Origin: Candidatus Heimdallarchaeota archaeon
Lineage (GTDB): Archaea; Asgardarchaeota; Heimdallarchaeia; Heimdallarchaeales; Heimdallarchaeaceae
NCBI GenBank assembly: GCA_019057815.1
Contig: JAHLWR010000003.1
Span: 164,553-228,552, forward strand
Length of the DNA stretch: 64,000 nt
Direction of reading: 5' to 3'
The translations under genes and the position numbers were made by a program. The notes under the pieces are model-generated. The model was given only the letters and a program-made list of their open reading frames with translations, did not search any database and was not told the origin of the DNA. Numbering within the stretch: the first letter of the stretch is position 1; each line of letters starts with the position of its first letter. This document shows, in pieces, positions 20,334-30,614 of this stretch.

Positions 20334-21137
20334 TTATGACAAATTCAACCCATAAAAATTACATACATTTTCTGTTGTTATTCGAGCTAATTCTTCATTT
20401 TTCATCTGTTTTAGGTCTGCAGCATGTTTACAGAGAATCGATATAGCCGAAGGCTCATTGTTTTTTCCTTGTTCTAACGAATGAAAAGGGCTATCTGTTT
20501 CAAACATGAGATTTCTAGGGGGAATGAGATCTATTTTCCTCTTGTAATTTTTCCTGTAAACAGCACTTGTTGGAACTGAAATGAACCATCCTTCTTCAAC
20601 TATCTGCTTAACTTGTTCATCTGTACCATCGAAACAGTGCATCAAGACATCCTTAGCATTCATTTCTTGCAGAATTTCGATTGCATCTTTTTCCGCCTTC
20701 CTTGAATGGATAACAATTGGTTTTTTATTTTCTAAAGCGAATTGTATCAACTTATGTAAGTTTATTCTCTGTTTTTCTTGTTTTAAAGACTCCTTAGTCC
20801 AATGATAATCTAATCCTATTTCTCCAATAGCAACAATCTTGTCTTTGTTTGTTCTAAAATATTTAGTAAATGTATTGAAATCTTCTTCTGATACTGAAGA
20901 AGGACCTAAACCTAGAGACAAATACACTCCTGGAAATTCTGTGGTTCTAAGTCCAAACTCATAATTATCAGCTGAAATTGCACTATTTATGATTATTTTT
21001 ACGTTTTTACTTCTAGCTCTCTCAATTACTGCTTCAATTTGGCTAAATTTAAACCATGGTGGAAGTAAGTGGCAATGAGCATCTGCAAAGATTATATCAT
21101 TTTCTCCGGTTTTTATTTCAATATTTGGATTTTTCAT
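20334..21137 (-). CDS. tatD: TatD family nuclease
   Basis: DAHCHL, AIGEIGLDY, IHSRKAE, MHCF, ETDSPF. Confidence 0.92.
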   Translation of the reverse strand: MKNPNIEIKTGENDIIFADAHCHLLPPWFKFSQIEAVIERARSKNVKIIINSAISADNYEFGLRTTEFPGVYLSLGLGPSSVSEEDFNTFTKYFRTNKDKIVAIGEIGLDYHWTKESLKQEKQRINLHKLIQFALENKKPIVIHSRKAEKDAIEILQEMNAKDVLMHCFDGTDEQVKQIVEEGWFISVPTSAVYRKNYKRKIDLIPPRNLMFETDSPFHSLEQGKNNEPSAISILCKHAADLKQMKNEELARITTENVCNFYGLNLS

Positions 21138-21177
21138 TTTTTAATACCTCTACCTTTAAAATCAATAGAAGTAGGGA

Positions 21178-22167
21178 TTATTCTTCATTAAGTAAACTAG
21201 AAGCGAATGAGCGGAGCATGTCAATACCTCTAATTTCATTTTCGAATGTTTCTATCACTTTTATATCTTGCTTAGAAAATACTGAATTAATATACTCTAC
21301 ATTTTTCAACTGTTCTTGTCTACGTTGTCTACAATGTTTACATCCAGGATTATCCGGGTTAAGCATATTGATAACAGAGAATTTATTTGATATTAGGTGA
21401 TTTTTCAACTCTGTTGAAAGGCGCTCTGATTCAAAAACGCTCATCAATGTTGGTATCATAACGATGATGAATTGAGTTTTTAGAGGATCCATTAACAGGT
21501 CTCTTGAAAACATAATCTTTTCTTTCATTGCTTCCAGTTTTTCAATCGTGGTATCTTTATCTCTTTGTCCTCCAAATAGTGATTTTACTAAACCCATTGC
21601 ATTTGAAATGAAAGCTTTCATTTTTAACATTCGTCCAAGAAAAGAATCTAGAAATTCAGGAAGATTGAGCAATCGCAAAGTATGTCCTGTTGGTGCAGTG
21701 TCTAAAACAATAGTATCATAATCATCGTTTTGGGAGTATTCGAGTATTTTTGCAAAAGATAATGCTTCATCCATACCAGGAGGTGGTATCTCTTTAAGAT
21801 CTTCTCCTAAACCTTGCAGTTCGGATAAACCTTGCCCTCCTAAGAGATTTGTAAGCTGGTCTGTTTGTAAAGATGCCATTCCTAAGGATTTGGACATCTC
21901 CTCTCCTGCAGAATCAGGATTGATTTCTAAAACAAATAATTCTCCATCTATACCATCAACTTTAGTTATTTCACCTGAAGAAAAATCTAGAGCGAAAGAA
22001 TCAGAAATACTATGTGCTGGATCTGTTGATATTAATAGAATCTTTTTGCCTTCTTCGGCTAAAGAAATAGCTATAGCAGAAGCAACACTTGTTTTTCCTA
22101 CTCCACCTTTTCCACCCACAAGAAGAAATTTCAAGTCCATAGAAAGTAAATCACGAAGGGTCATCAA
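21178..22167 (-). CDS. get3: Get3/TRC40 (ArsA family, single domain) ATPase
   Basis: GGKGGVGKT, STDPAHS, PGMDEA, DTAPTGHTLRLL, Met-rich insert, C-terminal CKHC. Confidence 0.85.
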   Translation of the reverse strand: MMTLRDLLSMDLKFLLVGGKGGVGKTSVASAIAISLAEEGKKILLISTDPAHSISDSFALDFSSGEITKVDGIDGELFVLEINPDSAGEEMSKSLGMASLQTDQLTNLLGGQGLSELQGLGEDLKEIPPPGMDEALSFAKILEYSQNDDYDTIVLDTAPTGHTLRLLNLPEFLDSFLGRMLKMKAFISNAMGLVKSLFGGQRDKDTTIEKLEAMKEKIMFSRDLLMDPLKTQFIIVMIPTLMSVFESERLSTELKNHLISNKFSVINMLNPDNPGCKHCRQRRQEQLKNVEYINSVFSKQDIKVIETFENEIRGIDMLRSFASSLLNEE

Positions 22168-22232
22168 ACATTTTCTTAAGGTTGTTATATTTAAATTGAT
22201 AGATTTGGAATAAAATAGAAAGAAAAAAAGAA

Positions 22233-22967
22233 CTATTTTTTCTTTTTCTGAACTTTCTTTTTAACTTCACGATTGCTTTTCTTTGCTGAGGGTCTTACAG
22301 AAGCTATCGGTTTCTTCTTTTTACCACGGAAGAATTTATTTAAATACAGAAAATCAAGTAGAGCGATTGTTCCAAGAGTTAAAAGTACAAGAAAGCAATA
22401 AAGTAGGGTTTTCCACCATAAATTTCCTTCAATAATAGGAATGTGTTCTATTTCGTAAACAAGAATGTTAAATTTATGAGAAATAGAAAGATATTCAGTA
22501 CCTGAAAGATCATTGTATGTTACTTCAGTTGATTCTAGCGTGAAATTACCTTCTTGAATAGGTTGTATATAGTAAAAATAGTTGATTGTAGCATTTATCT
22601 CAACTATAACATACTTTTGGACAGTAAAATTTGATATAGAGTATACCCATGAACCAAAAAAAGGATCAGTAACTGTAAGATTGTAAGCTGTTCTGTTACC
22701 AACATTCTTAATTGTTACATTAATTATAACCCACTCATAAGGCTCAAGTAGAGTAGTATTTACAATTTTTTTTACTGATAGAATAGGTCTTGCTGGAATA
22801 GTGTCATTGTCATCATTGAAAACTAAGTTGTTACTTATTGGTTCTTTTTGGAAATCAAGTCTGTTACTATTTTCTGTTGAATTGTTTTGAGATTGTGCAT
22901 TTGATATACTTATGAATAACAGAATTGTAATAATAAAGATAGTGAAACTCTTGTTTTTAGTAAGCAT
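22233..22967 (-). CDS. TRAP-beta (SSR2)-like / BatD-like Ig-fold single-pass membrane protein
   Basis: signal peptide; LSVKK..INVTIKNVGNRTAYNLTVTD..IQPIQEGNFTLESTEVTY; W-preceded TM; Lys-rich tail. Confidence 0.6.
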   Translation of the reverse strand: MLTKNKSFTIFIITILLFISISNAQSQNNSTENSNRLDFQKEPISNNLVFNDDNDTIPARPILSVKKIVNTTLLEPYEWVIINVTIKNVGNRTAYNLTVTDPFFGSWVYSISNFTVQKYVIVEINATINYFYYIQPIQEGNFTLESTEVTYNDLSGTEYLSISHKFNILVYEIEHIPIIEGNLWWKTLLYCFLVLLTLGTIALLDFLYLNKFFRGKKKKPIASVRPSAKKSNREVKKKVQKKKK

Positions 22968-23262
22968 AATGTCTTAACCTTATGAGACTTCTAACATGTG
23001 TCGGACGCTACGCTTAAATATTTTACTTTTGAAGAAGAAAATTGATATCATTACATTTTTAATTCATTGCTAACACTTTTGTTTTGCAAAATTCTTTTGT
23101 TCTACGTTTTATAGCCTTGCCTTAATCATAGAAGCTAACAAATTGGTTCCCAAAATATCTATATGATATACTCTAGTTTATTCTGGACAACATAACTTAC
23201 TAGATGTTCTCCATCCATATAACAACCCAATGTTTAAGAAAAACTGCGATATTTTTATATCT

Positions 23263-24147
23263 ATGACCGTTAAAATTGTATCTGACACTAGTGCTGATTT
23301 GAATTGTCCAGATAATAAAACACTTTATGAGAAATATGATGTGGAACCCGTTTCTATGCACATAATCTTTGGGGTCGATGATTATGAGGAATTAAAAGAT
23401 ATTACAACATCAGAGTTTTATGAAAAATTTAAAACTTCCAAAGATCATCCTCATACTTCTCAACCTACACAACAAGCAATTTTAGAAGCATATGAGAAAC
23501 ATTCTAAAGGTTATGATGAAATAATTTCATTTCACATATCAAGCGGATTAAGTGGTTCATATCCAAATGCTCTATTTGCGAAGAAAATGTATGAGAAGAA
23601 AAATCCAGATGGTGCAAAAGTGTATCCTTTTGATACAAAAGTAGCAAGTGGTTATCATGGATTAATGGTAATTAAAGCTACTCAACTTGCAAAAGAAGGT
23701 AAAAACGCAGCAGAAATCATGGAAGCAATTGTTAAATGGCGAGAAAATAATTCGCAACTATATTTTACAGTTGAAGATTTAGTTTACCTCTTCAAAGGAG
23801 GACGACTAAGTAGAGCTAAATATTATGCTGCAAAACTAATGTCTTTAAAACCCATAATTGTATTAAAGGATGGAAAACTTGAAGTGGTGAAAAGATCTAA
23901 AGGAGTGGATCTTGCTATTAAAGATATATTTGACTTACAATTCGAAAAATTTGTAGGACAAGAAAATATTACTGTACACTTTATGGAAGCTCAATATACA
24001 GACAAAGTTGAAGAAGTTAAAGAATTAATAAAAGACCAATATCCAAAGTTAAAAATAGGTGAAACATTCAAAATGGGTGGTACAATAGCTTCTCATACTG
24101 GTCCCGGAACACTGGGGATTATATTCACTACAGACATTGAAGTGTAA
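23263..24147 (+). CDS. DegV/FakB family protein
   Basis: IVSDTSADL, PHTSQP, ISSGLSGSY, YLFKGGRLS, LKPII, SHTGPGT; ATG at 23263 preferred. Confidence 0.92.
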   Translation: MTVKIVSDTSADLNCPDNKTLYEKYDVEPVSMHIIFGVDDYEELKDITTSEFYEKFKTSKDHPHTSQPTQQAILEAYEKHSKGYDEIISFHISSGLSGSYPNALFAKKMYEKKNPDGAKVYPFDTKVASGYHGLMVIKATQLAKEGKNAAEIMEAIVKWRENNSQLYFTVEDLVYLFKGGRLSRAKYYAAKLMSLKPIIVLKDGKLEVVKRSKGVDLAIKDIFDLQFEKFVGQENITVHFMEAQYTDKVEEVKELIKDQYPKLKIGETFKMGGTIASHTGPGTLGIIFTTDIEV

Positions 24148-24257
24148 ACATAACCTCTGAATAAAACTTAAATTCTACTTTTTTTTTCTCTTTTTCCACA
24201 GGAGATATAGATGATTGTATGAGTGGTGACTGATTCTGCAGAAGTTTTTCTGACAAT

Positions 24258-24449
24258 CTAATCAAGGAGAGCATGAAAACCCGATATTCTTAACACTGAT
24301 ATTTATCATGCTAGAAACGAAAAATCAGCAAATTTGCTTAAAAATTATATCGAAGATGAAATACAGCCCAAAGAATCGTTATAGCAATTAGAAATCTTGG
24401 AATGACAATTGTAATTCATGTGGGTTCTGGTTGTATAGTAACATGTTAA
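24258..24449 (+). pseudogene. frameshifted C-terminal remnant of a DegV gene
   Basis: frames give DIYHARNEKSANLLKNYIEDEIQPK / IVIAIRNLGMTIVIHVGSGCI*, matching the DegV C-terminal G..I..H.G.G pattern. Confidence 0.55.
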
Positions 24450-24498
24450 GATAAGAACGGTAAAATTTATGAATAATGGATACTTGTGGGGATGTGCG

Positions 24499-25215
24499 AT
24501 GGAATTCAAGGCATTATTCTTCGATCTAGATGGAACCTTAATAAATTTCAATGAAGGTGAATTTGTTAAATTATATCTTGGTGCTGCAGCTAAATTCTTC
24601 AGCGACTTGATACCTAATCCTAAAACGTTCGTAGAAGAACTTCTGAAATCAACGGCAATAATGGAAAAAGCTGATAATCCAGATACAACAACCTTAGAGG
24701 TTTTTGTGAATGATTTTTGTCCAAAATTTGAGATCGATTGTCAAACGATTATGAACAGATTTGAAGATTTCTACCATAAAAAATTCAATGTAATTCAACC
24801 TATAATTAAACAAATGAATGGAGTAAAAGAGATTCTCTCAATCTTAAAAAATTCTTATTCAGATATACCTGTTCTGTTAACTACTAATCCTGTTTTTCCT
24901 TATATAGCTGTAAAAAAAAGGATGGAGTGGGGAGGTTTAATAGCTGCAGATTTTGATCACATTACGCATGCAGAAAATAGTTACTACTGTAAAGGGAATG
25001 ACAAGTACTGGTATAGTGTGCTAGAATATTCTAAAACAAAACCAGAAAACACGTTAGTTGTAGGAAATGATGCTTTTCGTGATTTAAGAGCTAAGAAATT
25101 AGGTTTCAAAACGTATTTAGTTGACGAAAACATAGAGAATGAAGAATCACTAAATGAAAATATACCTGATTATAGAGGAAGTTTAGTTGATTTGCTTGCC
25201 CTCCTTAAAGCATAG
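24499..25215 (+). CDS. HAD-superfamily hydrolase
   Basis: FFDLDGTL, TNP, VVGND..RD. Confidence 0.88.
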   Translation: MEFKALFFDLDGTLINFNEGEFVKLYLGAAAKFFSDLIPNPKTFVEELLKSTAIMEKADNPDTTTLEVFVNDFCPKFEIDCQTIMNRFEDFYHKKFNVIQPIIKQMNGVKEILSILKNSYSDIPVLLTTNPVFPYIAVKKRMEWGGLIAADFDHITHAENSYYCKGNDKYWYSVLEYSKTKPENTLVVGNDAFRDLRAKKLGFKTYLVDENIENEESLNENIPDYRGSLVDLLALLKA

Positions 25216-25269
25216 TTCATACAAATAATCAAAAAAGTAAAAGCATTTATAGACCATTGATAGTTTTTC

Positions 25270-26964
25270 TTGAGGATTATGGCAATAATAGGTATGGAAG
25301 GTTCATTGGTTTTAGCATTTTTAGTATTTGTCTACAACATGTCATTAGGTTCAAAATTAATGTACGATACATTAACAAAAAAAGAATTTGAAAAACCTGC
25401 ATGGAGTTTAGCATCGGGTGTGATGACTGTAGCAGGATCAATGATGATGTTTCTATGGTTTTTCAACTCGTTTTCTCCAACAGTTGGTTGGTTAGGATTC
25501 ATAGGTTCATTGTTTATCTTTGTAAACAATCTGTTAGTAACAATATTTACTTTTATGAAATCAATAAAATCAACAACGTTTGGTAGGATAGGCAATGTCT
25601 TATTTACATTGCTAGCTTTATGGACATTTCTTTTATTACTGCAAAAAATAGCAGTATCAACAGGATTTGGATTACCTAGATTCTTAGATTGGATAATGGT
25701 GTGGCCAACAATTGGATATACAATGTTCCAAGGGTTGTTATTTGGACCTATCAGTTATTATTTTCCTATCTTAATTTTAATCCCTCTTTGTGTTCCAATT
25801 AAGTTTGTTAAGGATGAGGAAATAGAACTCATAAAAACTGAAGAAAAACCAACAGAGGAGATAAAGAGGGGAAAAGCAGCTGTATTTCTAGAACGACCTG
25901 CTGGTGAAAAACCACAGAAAAAAACTTCGGGTGGATTTGTATCTTTTCTTGACAATGGTTCAAAAATGATTGTTGCTAGTTTAGTGATAATGTTACTTGT
26001 TTTCAATATAATGAGTCTTAGCAATGTGATCTCTTTTGGAGAATATACTTCAAAAGATTACAATCCCAGTTTCACACAACGCACAGATATGGAGTTGGGA
26101 GTACACATTCAATCAGCTTCTTACCAAATAGAACCTACACAAAATTTTAACGAAATATTTCAAAAAGAATTGGCTCTGATGAAGGAACTTAATGTTACTG
26201 TAGCTAGAATAGATCTTAAAGTTGAATTCTTAGAAAACTATTCATCTCATATACTACAAATTGTGGATGATTTGAAAGCAAATGGAATAAAAGTAATGTT
26301 TGCTACTTATGGTTATGACAGACCAACGTGGAATCTTCAAAACGTGTCCTTCGAAGATTTTACTGAAGTTATAAATCAACAAGCTATAGATATTGTTAAT
26401 ATAACCAATCCTGATTACATTCTAATATATCCTGAACCATATGGTTATTCAACATACTTCTTGTCACTTGAAGAAGAAATAACTGTTAGTATGTGGGTTA
26501 ATAAAATTAACAACACAATTGAAGAACTGAGATCTATTTCAAATGAAACTAAAATAGGAATAAATCTATCAGAGAATTCAATGACAGGGGACACTGATTT
26601 GTTTGAACCTTTGTGGACCAGCACTCCATTAGATTTCATTGGAATTGATTTTTATCCATTTTATGAAAAACATTTTGATATTTCGTATTTTCTAGATCGA
26701 GCTACAAATTCTTCAAAAGAGTTTTGGTTTACAGAATTTGGAATTTCAGCAATGATTTTTGGAGAGAGAATACAAGCAGGAGCTCTAACATATGTATTAG
26801 ATCAATGTGTTAATAATCCAATAGTGAAAGGATTTATTTATTATTCATTAATGGATCAATCAATTGCAGCTAATTCTCTTGGACTAGTAGCTGAAACCGG
26901 ATATAAAAGAGACTCTTTTGAAAAATATAAAGAAATAATCCAGAAAATGAAGGGCTTATCGTAA
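25270..26964 (+). CDS. multi-pass membrane protein with C-terminal TIM-barrel glycoside-hydrolase-like domain
   Basis: about six TMs then YPEP, IGIDFYP, FTEFG (clan GH-A-like acid/base and nucleophile). Confidence 0.6.
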   Translation: MRIMAIIGMEGSLVLAFLVFVYNMSLGSKLMYDTLTKKEFEKPAWSLASGVMTVAGSMMMFLWFFNSFSPTVGWLGFIGSLFIFVNNLLVTIFTFMKSIKSTTFGRIGNVLFTLLALWTFLLLLQKIAVSTGFGLPRFLDWIMVWPTIGYTMFQGLLFGPISYYFPILILIPLCVPIKFVKDEEIELIKTEEKPTEEIKRGKAAVFLERPAGEKPQKKTSGGFVSFLDNGSKMIVASLVIMLLVFNIMSLSNVISFGEYTSKDYNPSFTQRTDMELGVHIQSASYQIEPTQNFNEIFQKELALMKELNVTVARIDLKVEFLENYSSHILQIVDDLKANGIKVMFATYGYDRPTWNLQNVSFEDFTEVINQQAIDIVNITNPDYILIYPEPYGYSTYFLSLEEEITVSMWVNKINNTIEELRSISNETKIGINLSENSMTGDTDLFEPLWTSTPLDFIGIDFYPFYEKHFDISYFLDRATNSSKEFWFTEFGISAMIFGERIQAGALTYVLDQCVNNPIVKGFIYYSLMDQSIAANSLGLVAETGYKRDSFEKYKEIIQKMKGLS

Positions 26965-27109
26965 TAAGGTGAAGAACAAGCCTCGGTCCGCCCATCACAT
27001 TTCATTTTCTTTAGAATCGTAGACCGTTGTTTCTTCATAGGCTAAATTCTTCAAGCTTTTATAAAAGTAAAAGAGTTTAAGTATTTCTATTGCTTGGTAA
27101 CTTTGATTC

Positions 27110-28336
27110 TCATTCCATCATGGCATTAACCATAGATATATATCCTTCAACTTCGCTTAATCCTGTTCTTACTAATTCTGCTAAATTATCTAGGTCTCTC
27201 TCTATTGCTAATCTTTTAGTCTCTTCAAATCTTTTTATTGCTTTGTTAAAGTTATCTAGACTTTCATCAAATTGTTCTTGATCAAAAAGAGAAATTCCTT
27301 TAGTTTCCAGTGATAAAGCTTCATAATAAGATCTTTGTGCAGTCATACTCTTGATTAGAGATTCACTCTTGATGGTTGATAACATACCAAGTGCATCATC
27401 AACAATTTCAGAAGCTTTTACAAATAAATCACTTGCTTTTTTGGGTTTATCTTCACGTTTATACAGTTCATTTGCTTGAGATTCATATTGGCTTGCTAAT
27501 GTAATTTTTGACAAAGCAAGGTATAATCTTTGTTCCATGAAATCTGAACATATTTCACTTGCTCTTGTGTAGTATTTTGAAGCAATTCTAAAGATATGAT
27601 GAGCTTGAGTGAAATTGCTAACTTGAATATTTATTAAACCTTGTTCCCAGAATTTTTCAGCTCTAGAAACGATATTTTGTTTTGTTACTTCGTCAATATT
27701 GTTTTGTAATTCTTCGAGTTCGTCTCCATATTTTCTGAAAATGAAATTAGCTTTTGTGAGTTCTGATCTGGCTTTAAGTAAGTGTTTTTTAAAAGAGATT
27801 AAGTCTTTGCTATCTTTTTCAGCTATAGATTTGAAAAGCAGATAGCGTGCGTAAGCTAATCTGGCTATGGCAATAATCCTATCAACAGGATGGTTCTCTA
27901 ATTCTCTCCCTTTAATGAATTCTTGTAAATTAACTTGACAATCCTCTAATAAATTGATTTTGTTATCAATATTTTCTTCGGTGAAAGACATAGATATTTT
28001 TAACATTCCTTCCGCATAATTAGCCCATTTAACCATTTCATTAAAAATATTATCTCCGTCTCTACCTCGTGAGGCTCTAGAGCGTACAATTAATTTGTTA
28101 GCTTGTTCATAATAACGAATAGCTTGTGAATAATCTTTTCCAAAAAACAGATTGTCACCAGAAATAACACTAACCATCCCTTCGTAGAAATATGAAAAAA
28201 CTCTGATATTGACGTTTTCTTCCCCGATTGTCTTGAAATCTTCGTAAATCTGATGATAAAGCCCATAAGTGGTGTTAATATCTGAATAACTTGGCTCATA
28301 GTGTATGAATTTAAAATCACGTTTTATCGCCGTCAA
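27110..28336 (-). CDS. alpha-solenoid/TPR-like protein
   Basis: repeated A..YY..A / A..LF..A helical pattern. Confidence 0.6.
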   Translation of the reverse strand: MTAIKRDFKFIHYEPSYSDINTTYGLYHQIYEDFKTIGEENVNIRVFSYFYEGMVSVISGDNLFFGKDYSQAIRYYEQANKLIVRSRASRGRDGDNIFNEMVKWANYAEGMLKISMSFTEENIDNKINLLEDCQVNLQEFIKGRELENHPVDRIIAIARLAYARYLLFKSIAEKDSKDLISFKKHLLKARSELTKANFIFRKYGDELEELQNNIDEVTKQNIVSRAEKFWEQGLINIQVSNFTQAHHIFRIASKYYTRASEICSDFMEQRLYLALSKITLASQYESQANELYKREDKPKKASDLFVKASEIVDDALGMLSTIKSESLIKSMTAQRSYYEALSLETKGISLFDQEQFDESLDNFNKAIKRFEETKRLAIERDLDNLAELVRTGLSEVEGYISMVNAMME

Positions 28337-28539
28337 ATGAACATCAAAAATAAATGGGTATTAGTCAATAAAAAATTAACTGTTGTTTGTTAAGAATCTT
28401 CTGATATTGATTCCTTTTATATCCAAATCATTCTTCTACTATGAAGAATATGGCGATTTTGAGCGATAATCAATCCCAGCGAGAATATGTGAAGAAGGCT
28501 TTTCAACAGCATTTGTTGGAAATAGAAAAAAAAAGACAA

Positions 28540-29595
28540 TTATGATAAAAATAGCTTGTAGCTATTTTCCCAATATAATCTCTTCAGTATATCTTGAGGT
28601 AGATTAAGTCCGTTTATCTTCGTTTTATTATCATTTTCTAGATCAGGTATTGGGAGAGGAAGGTTTTCAACATCTGTTTCGAACAATGCTTGAAAACTAA
28701 GAAAACGATTGATATAATATCCTGGAAGGGGTTCTCTATCGGTTCTACCAGCAACTAAATCTGTTCCAAATAAGATACGATTTTTATGTTTTTTAAAGAA
28801 ATCAATTACTTCTTCTTTTTTATATGCAAATTCTCTGACCATCCATTTAGCTGAACCTGTGTCAACATAGAGATTTGGGTATTTATCTAACCATGAATCT
28901 AGCTGATTAAGATTTTCTGGTAGAGAAGCCATATGAGCTCCAATGATTTTTAGTTTTGGATATTTTTCTATTATATTTTTCAATGCATTAGTGTGATTCT
29001 TCTTAATTCCAAATTTACTTGAAGGTTGGTAGTTTTTTTCATATAGGAGATCTGGATCACTTACATGAATTAACAGAGTGAATTTAAGTTCTTCAAGTTT
29101 TGTAAAAATTGGCTCTAATTTTGGGTCATTCAAATGAACATCTTGTGTTCTGAATTTAATCTTCAAATTATCAGCATTGAAGTAATTTACCCATCTTGGT
29201 GAAAACCAAAGTTTCCCCACTGTAAATCCTTGTTCATACGCTTTATCAAGAAAATCAAGAGATCCTTTCATATCACCTTGTAGAGCTTCTTGAATTGAAA
29301 GAAAAATTGCAAACACAAAAAGATCAGGAAATTCGTTTTGAATATTTAATTTTGTTTTATTATCTCTTACAATTCCGAAAATCTTCTTAATGTTGAATCT
29401 CTCTGAATATTTTACCATAATTTTAACATCGTCAACAGACCCGAGGTGAGTATGTGAATCAAAAACAGGTCCAGTATACTTTCTTTTCATAGTTTTGAAG
29501 TATGAAGGCATATTATTAGCAATGTATTCTGGATCCATTTGAAGCTCTCCAACCACTGAATTCAGTACCTGTTTATCATACTTTTGATACACCAA
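28540..29595 (-). CDS. amidohydrolase family protein
   Basis: DSHTH, IHVSD, GAHM, RILFGTD. Confidence 0.85.
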   Translation of the reverse strand: MVYQKYDKQVLNSVVGELQMDPEYIANNMPSYFKTMKRKYTGPVFDSHTHLGSVDDVKIMVKYSERFNIKKIFGIVRDNKTKLNIQNEFPDLFVFAIFLSIQEALQGDMKGSLDFLDKAYEQGFTVGKLWFSPRWVNYFNADNLKIKFRTQDVHLNDPKLEPIFTKLEELKFTLLIHVSDPDLLYEKNYQPSSKFGIKKNHTNALKNIIEKYPKLKIIGAHMASLPENLNQLDSWLDKYPNLYVDTGSAKWMVREFAYKKEEVIDFFKKHKNRILFGTDLVAGRTDREPLPGYYINRFLSFQALFETDVENLPLPIPDLENDNKTKINGLNLPQDILKRLYWENSYKLFLS

Positions 29596-29856
29596 ATTAT
29601 AGATTCATTCATTTTGTGGAAAATGTTTATTTCATTCCCAAAATGGTGGAACTAGCTCTAGATCAGTAAGAACATCATTAAAAGAAAATGGCCTATTATT
29701 TTCTAATATCCTTGATTTTCTAAAAGTATTATGGAAAAATGGACATTATGCGAAAAGATTCGCTTTCATAAAGTCTTCTTTGAAACTCTTGAAGAAATAC
29801 TAAAAGATAAATCCATATAAGGAAAATATAAAAGAAACAACTTAAATCATATCTAA

Positions 29857-30525
29857 ATGTCAATGCAATACTTAATCATTTTCGATTTAGATGGAACTTT
29901 AGTACAATCTAGAATCAATTATGATGCAATAAAAACTGAAATTATTAAGCTAATCGCAAATGTTGTAAACGAAGAAGAATTTGATATAATCAGAAGTTTC
30001 CCTCGTTCAATCCTAGAATTAGTGATAATGATCCAGAAGAAGGACTCTACAGGGTTTTATTACAAAAGAGCATGGGAATTAATAGAAAAATATGAAGTGG
30101 AGGGATATGAATATGCAGAGATTGAATTAGATGTTGTAGAAACTCTGAAAAAGCTGAAAGAGCAAAATCACTTTGTCACAATTTTAACTAACAATTCAAG
30201 AAAATTGACTGATTATGCTCTAGAAAAGTTTGGCTTTAAGGACTGTATAGATTATGTCATAACAAGAGACGATATAAAAGAAAAAAAACCAGATCCTGAA
30301 GGTCTATTCTTCCTGATGAAAAAATTCTCTAAAAAATCGAGTGAAACAATCTTCATAGGGGATTCCTGGTTAGACGCAGAAGCAGGGTTCAGAGCAGGGA
30401 TTCATTATGCTCATTTTGGTAAAGAACAACCTCCTAAAAGTAGAAAAGATGATTTTAATATAGAACATTCTCTTTCTAAAATCAGTGAAATTATTGAATT
30501 GATGGATAAGCTTGAGGAAGCTTGA
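29857..30525 (+). CDS. HAD hydrolase (phosphoglycolate phosphatase-like)
   Basis: FDLDGTL, LTNN, KPDP, IGDSWLD. Confidence 0.88.
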   Translation: MSMQYLIIFDLDGTLVQSRINYDAIKTEIIKLIANVVNEEEFDIIRSFPRSILELVIMIQKKDSTGFYYKRAWELIEKYEVEGYEYAEIELDVVETLKKLKEQNHFVTILTNNSRKLTDYALEKFGFKDCIDYVITRDDIKEKKPDPEGLFFLMKKFSKKSSETIFIGDSWLDAEAGFRAGIHYAHFGKEQPPKSRKDDFNIEHSLSKISEIIELMDKLEEA

Positions 30526-30614
30526 ATTTAATATTCTTTTCTTAGAGCTTATTTAACATAGAATCTTATTACCAAAGTAATAAATACTATCAAGGAATAA
30601 TATCTCAGATAATC

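Noticed and set aside
24208-24260. C/D-box-like motifs (atgatt..ctga..ctga)
   Set aside because: Box C is imperfect, the second guide is too short, and the region adjoins the DegV remnant.
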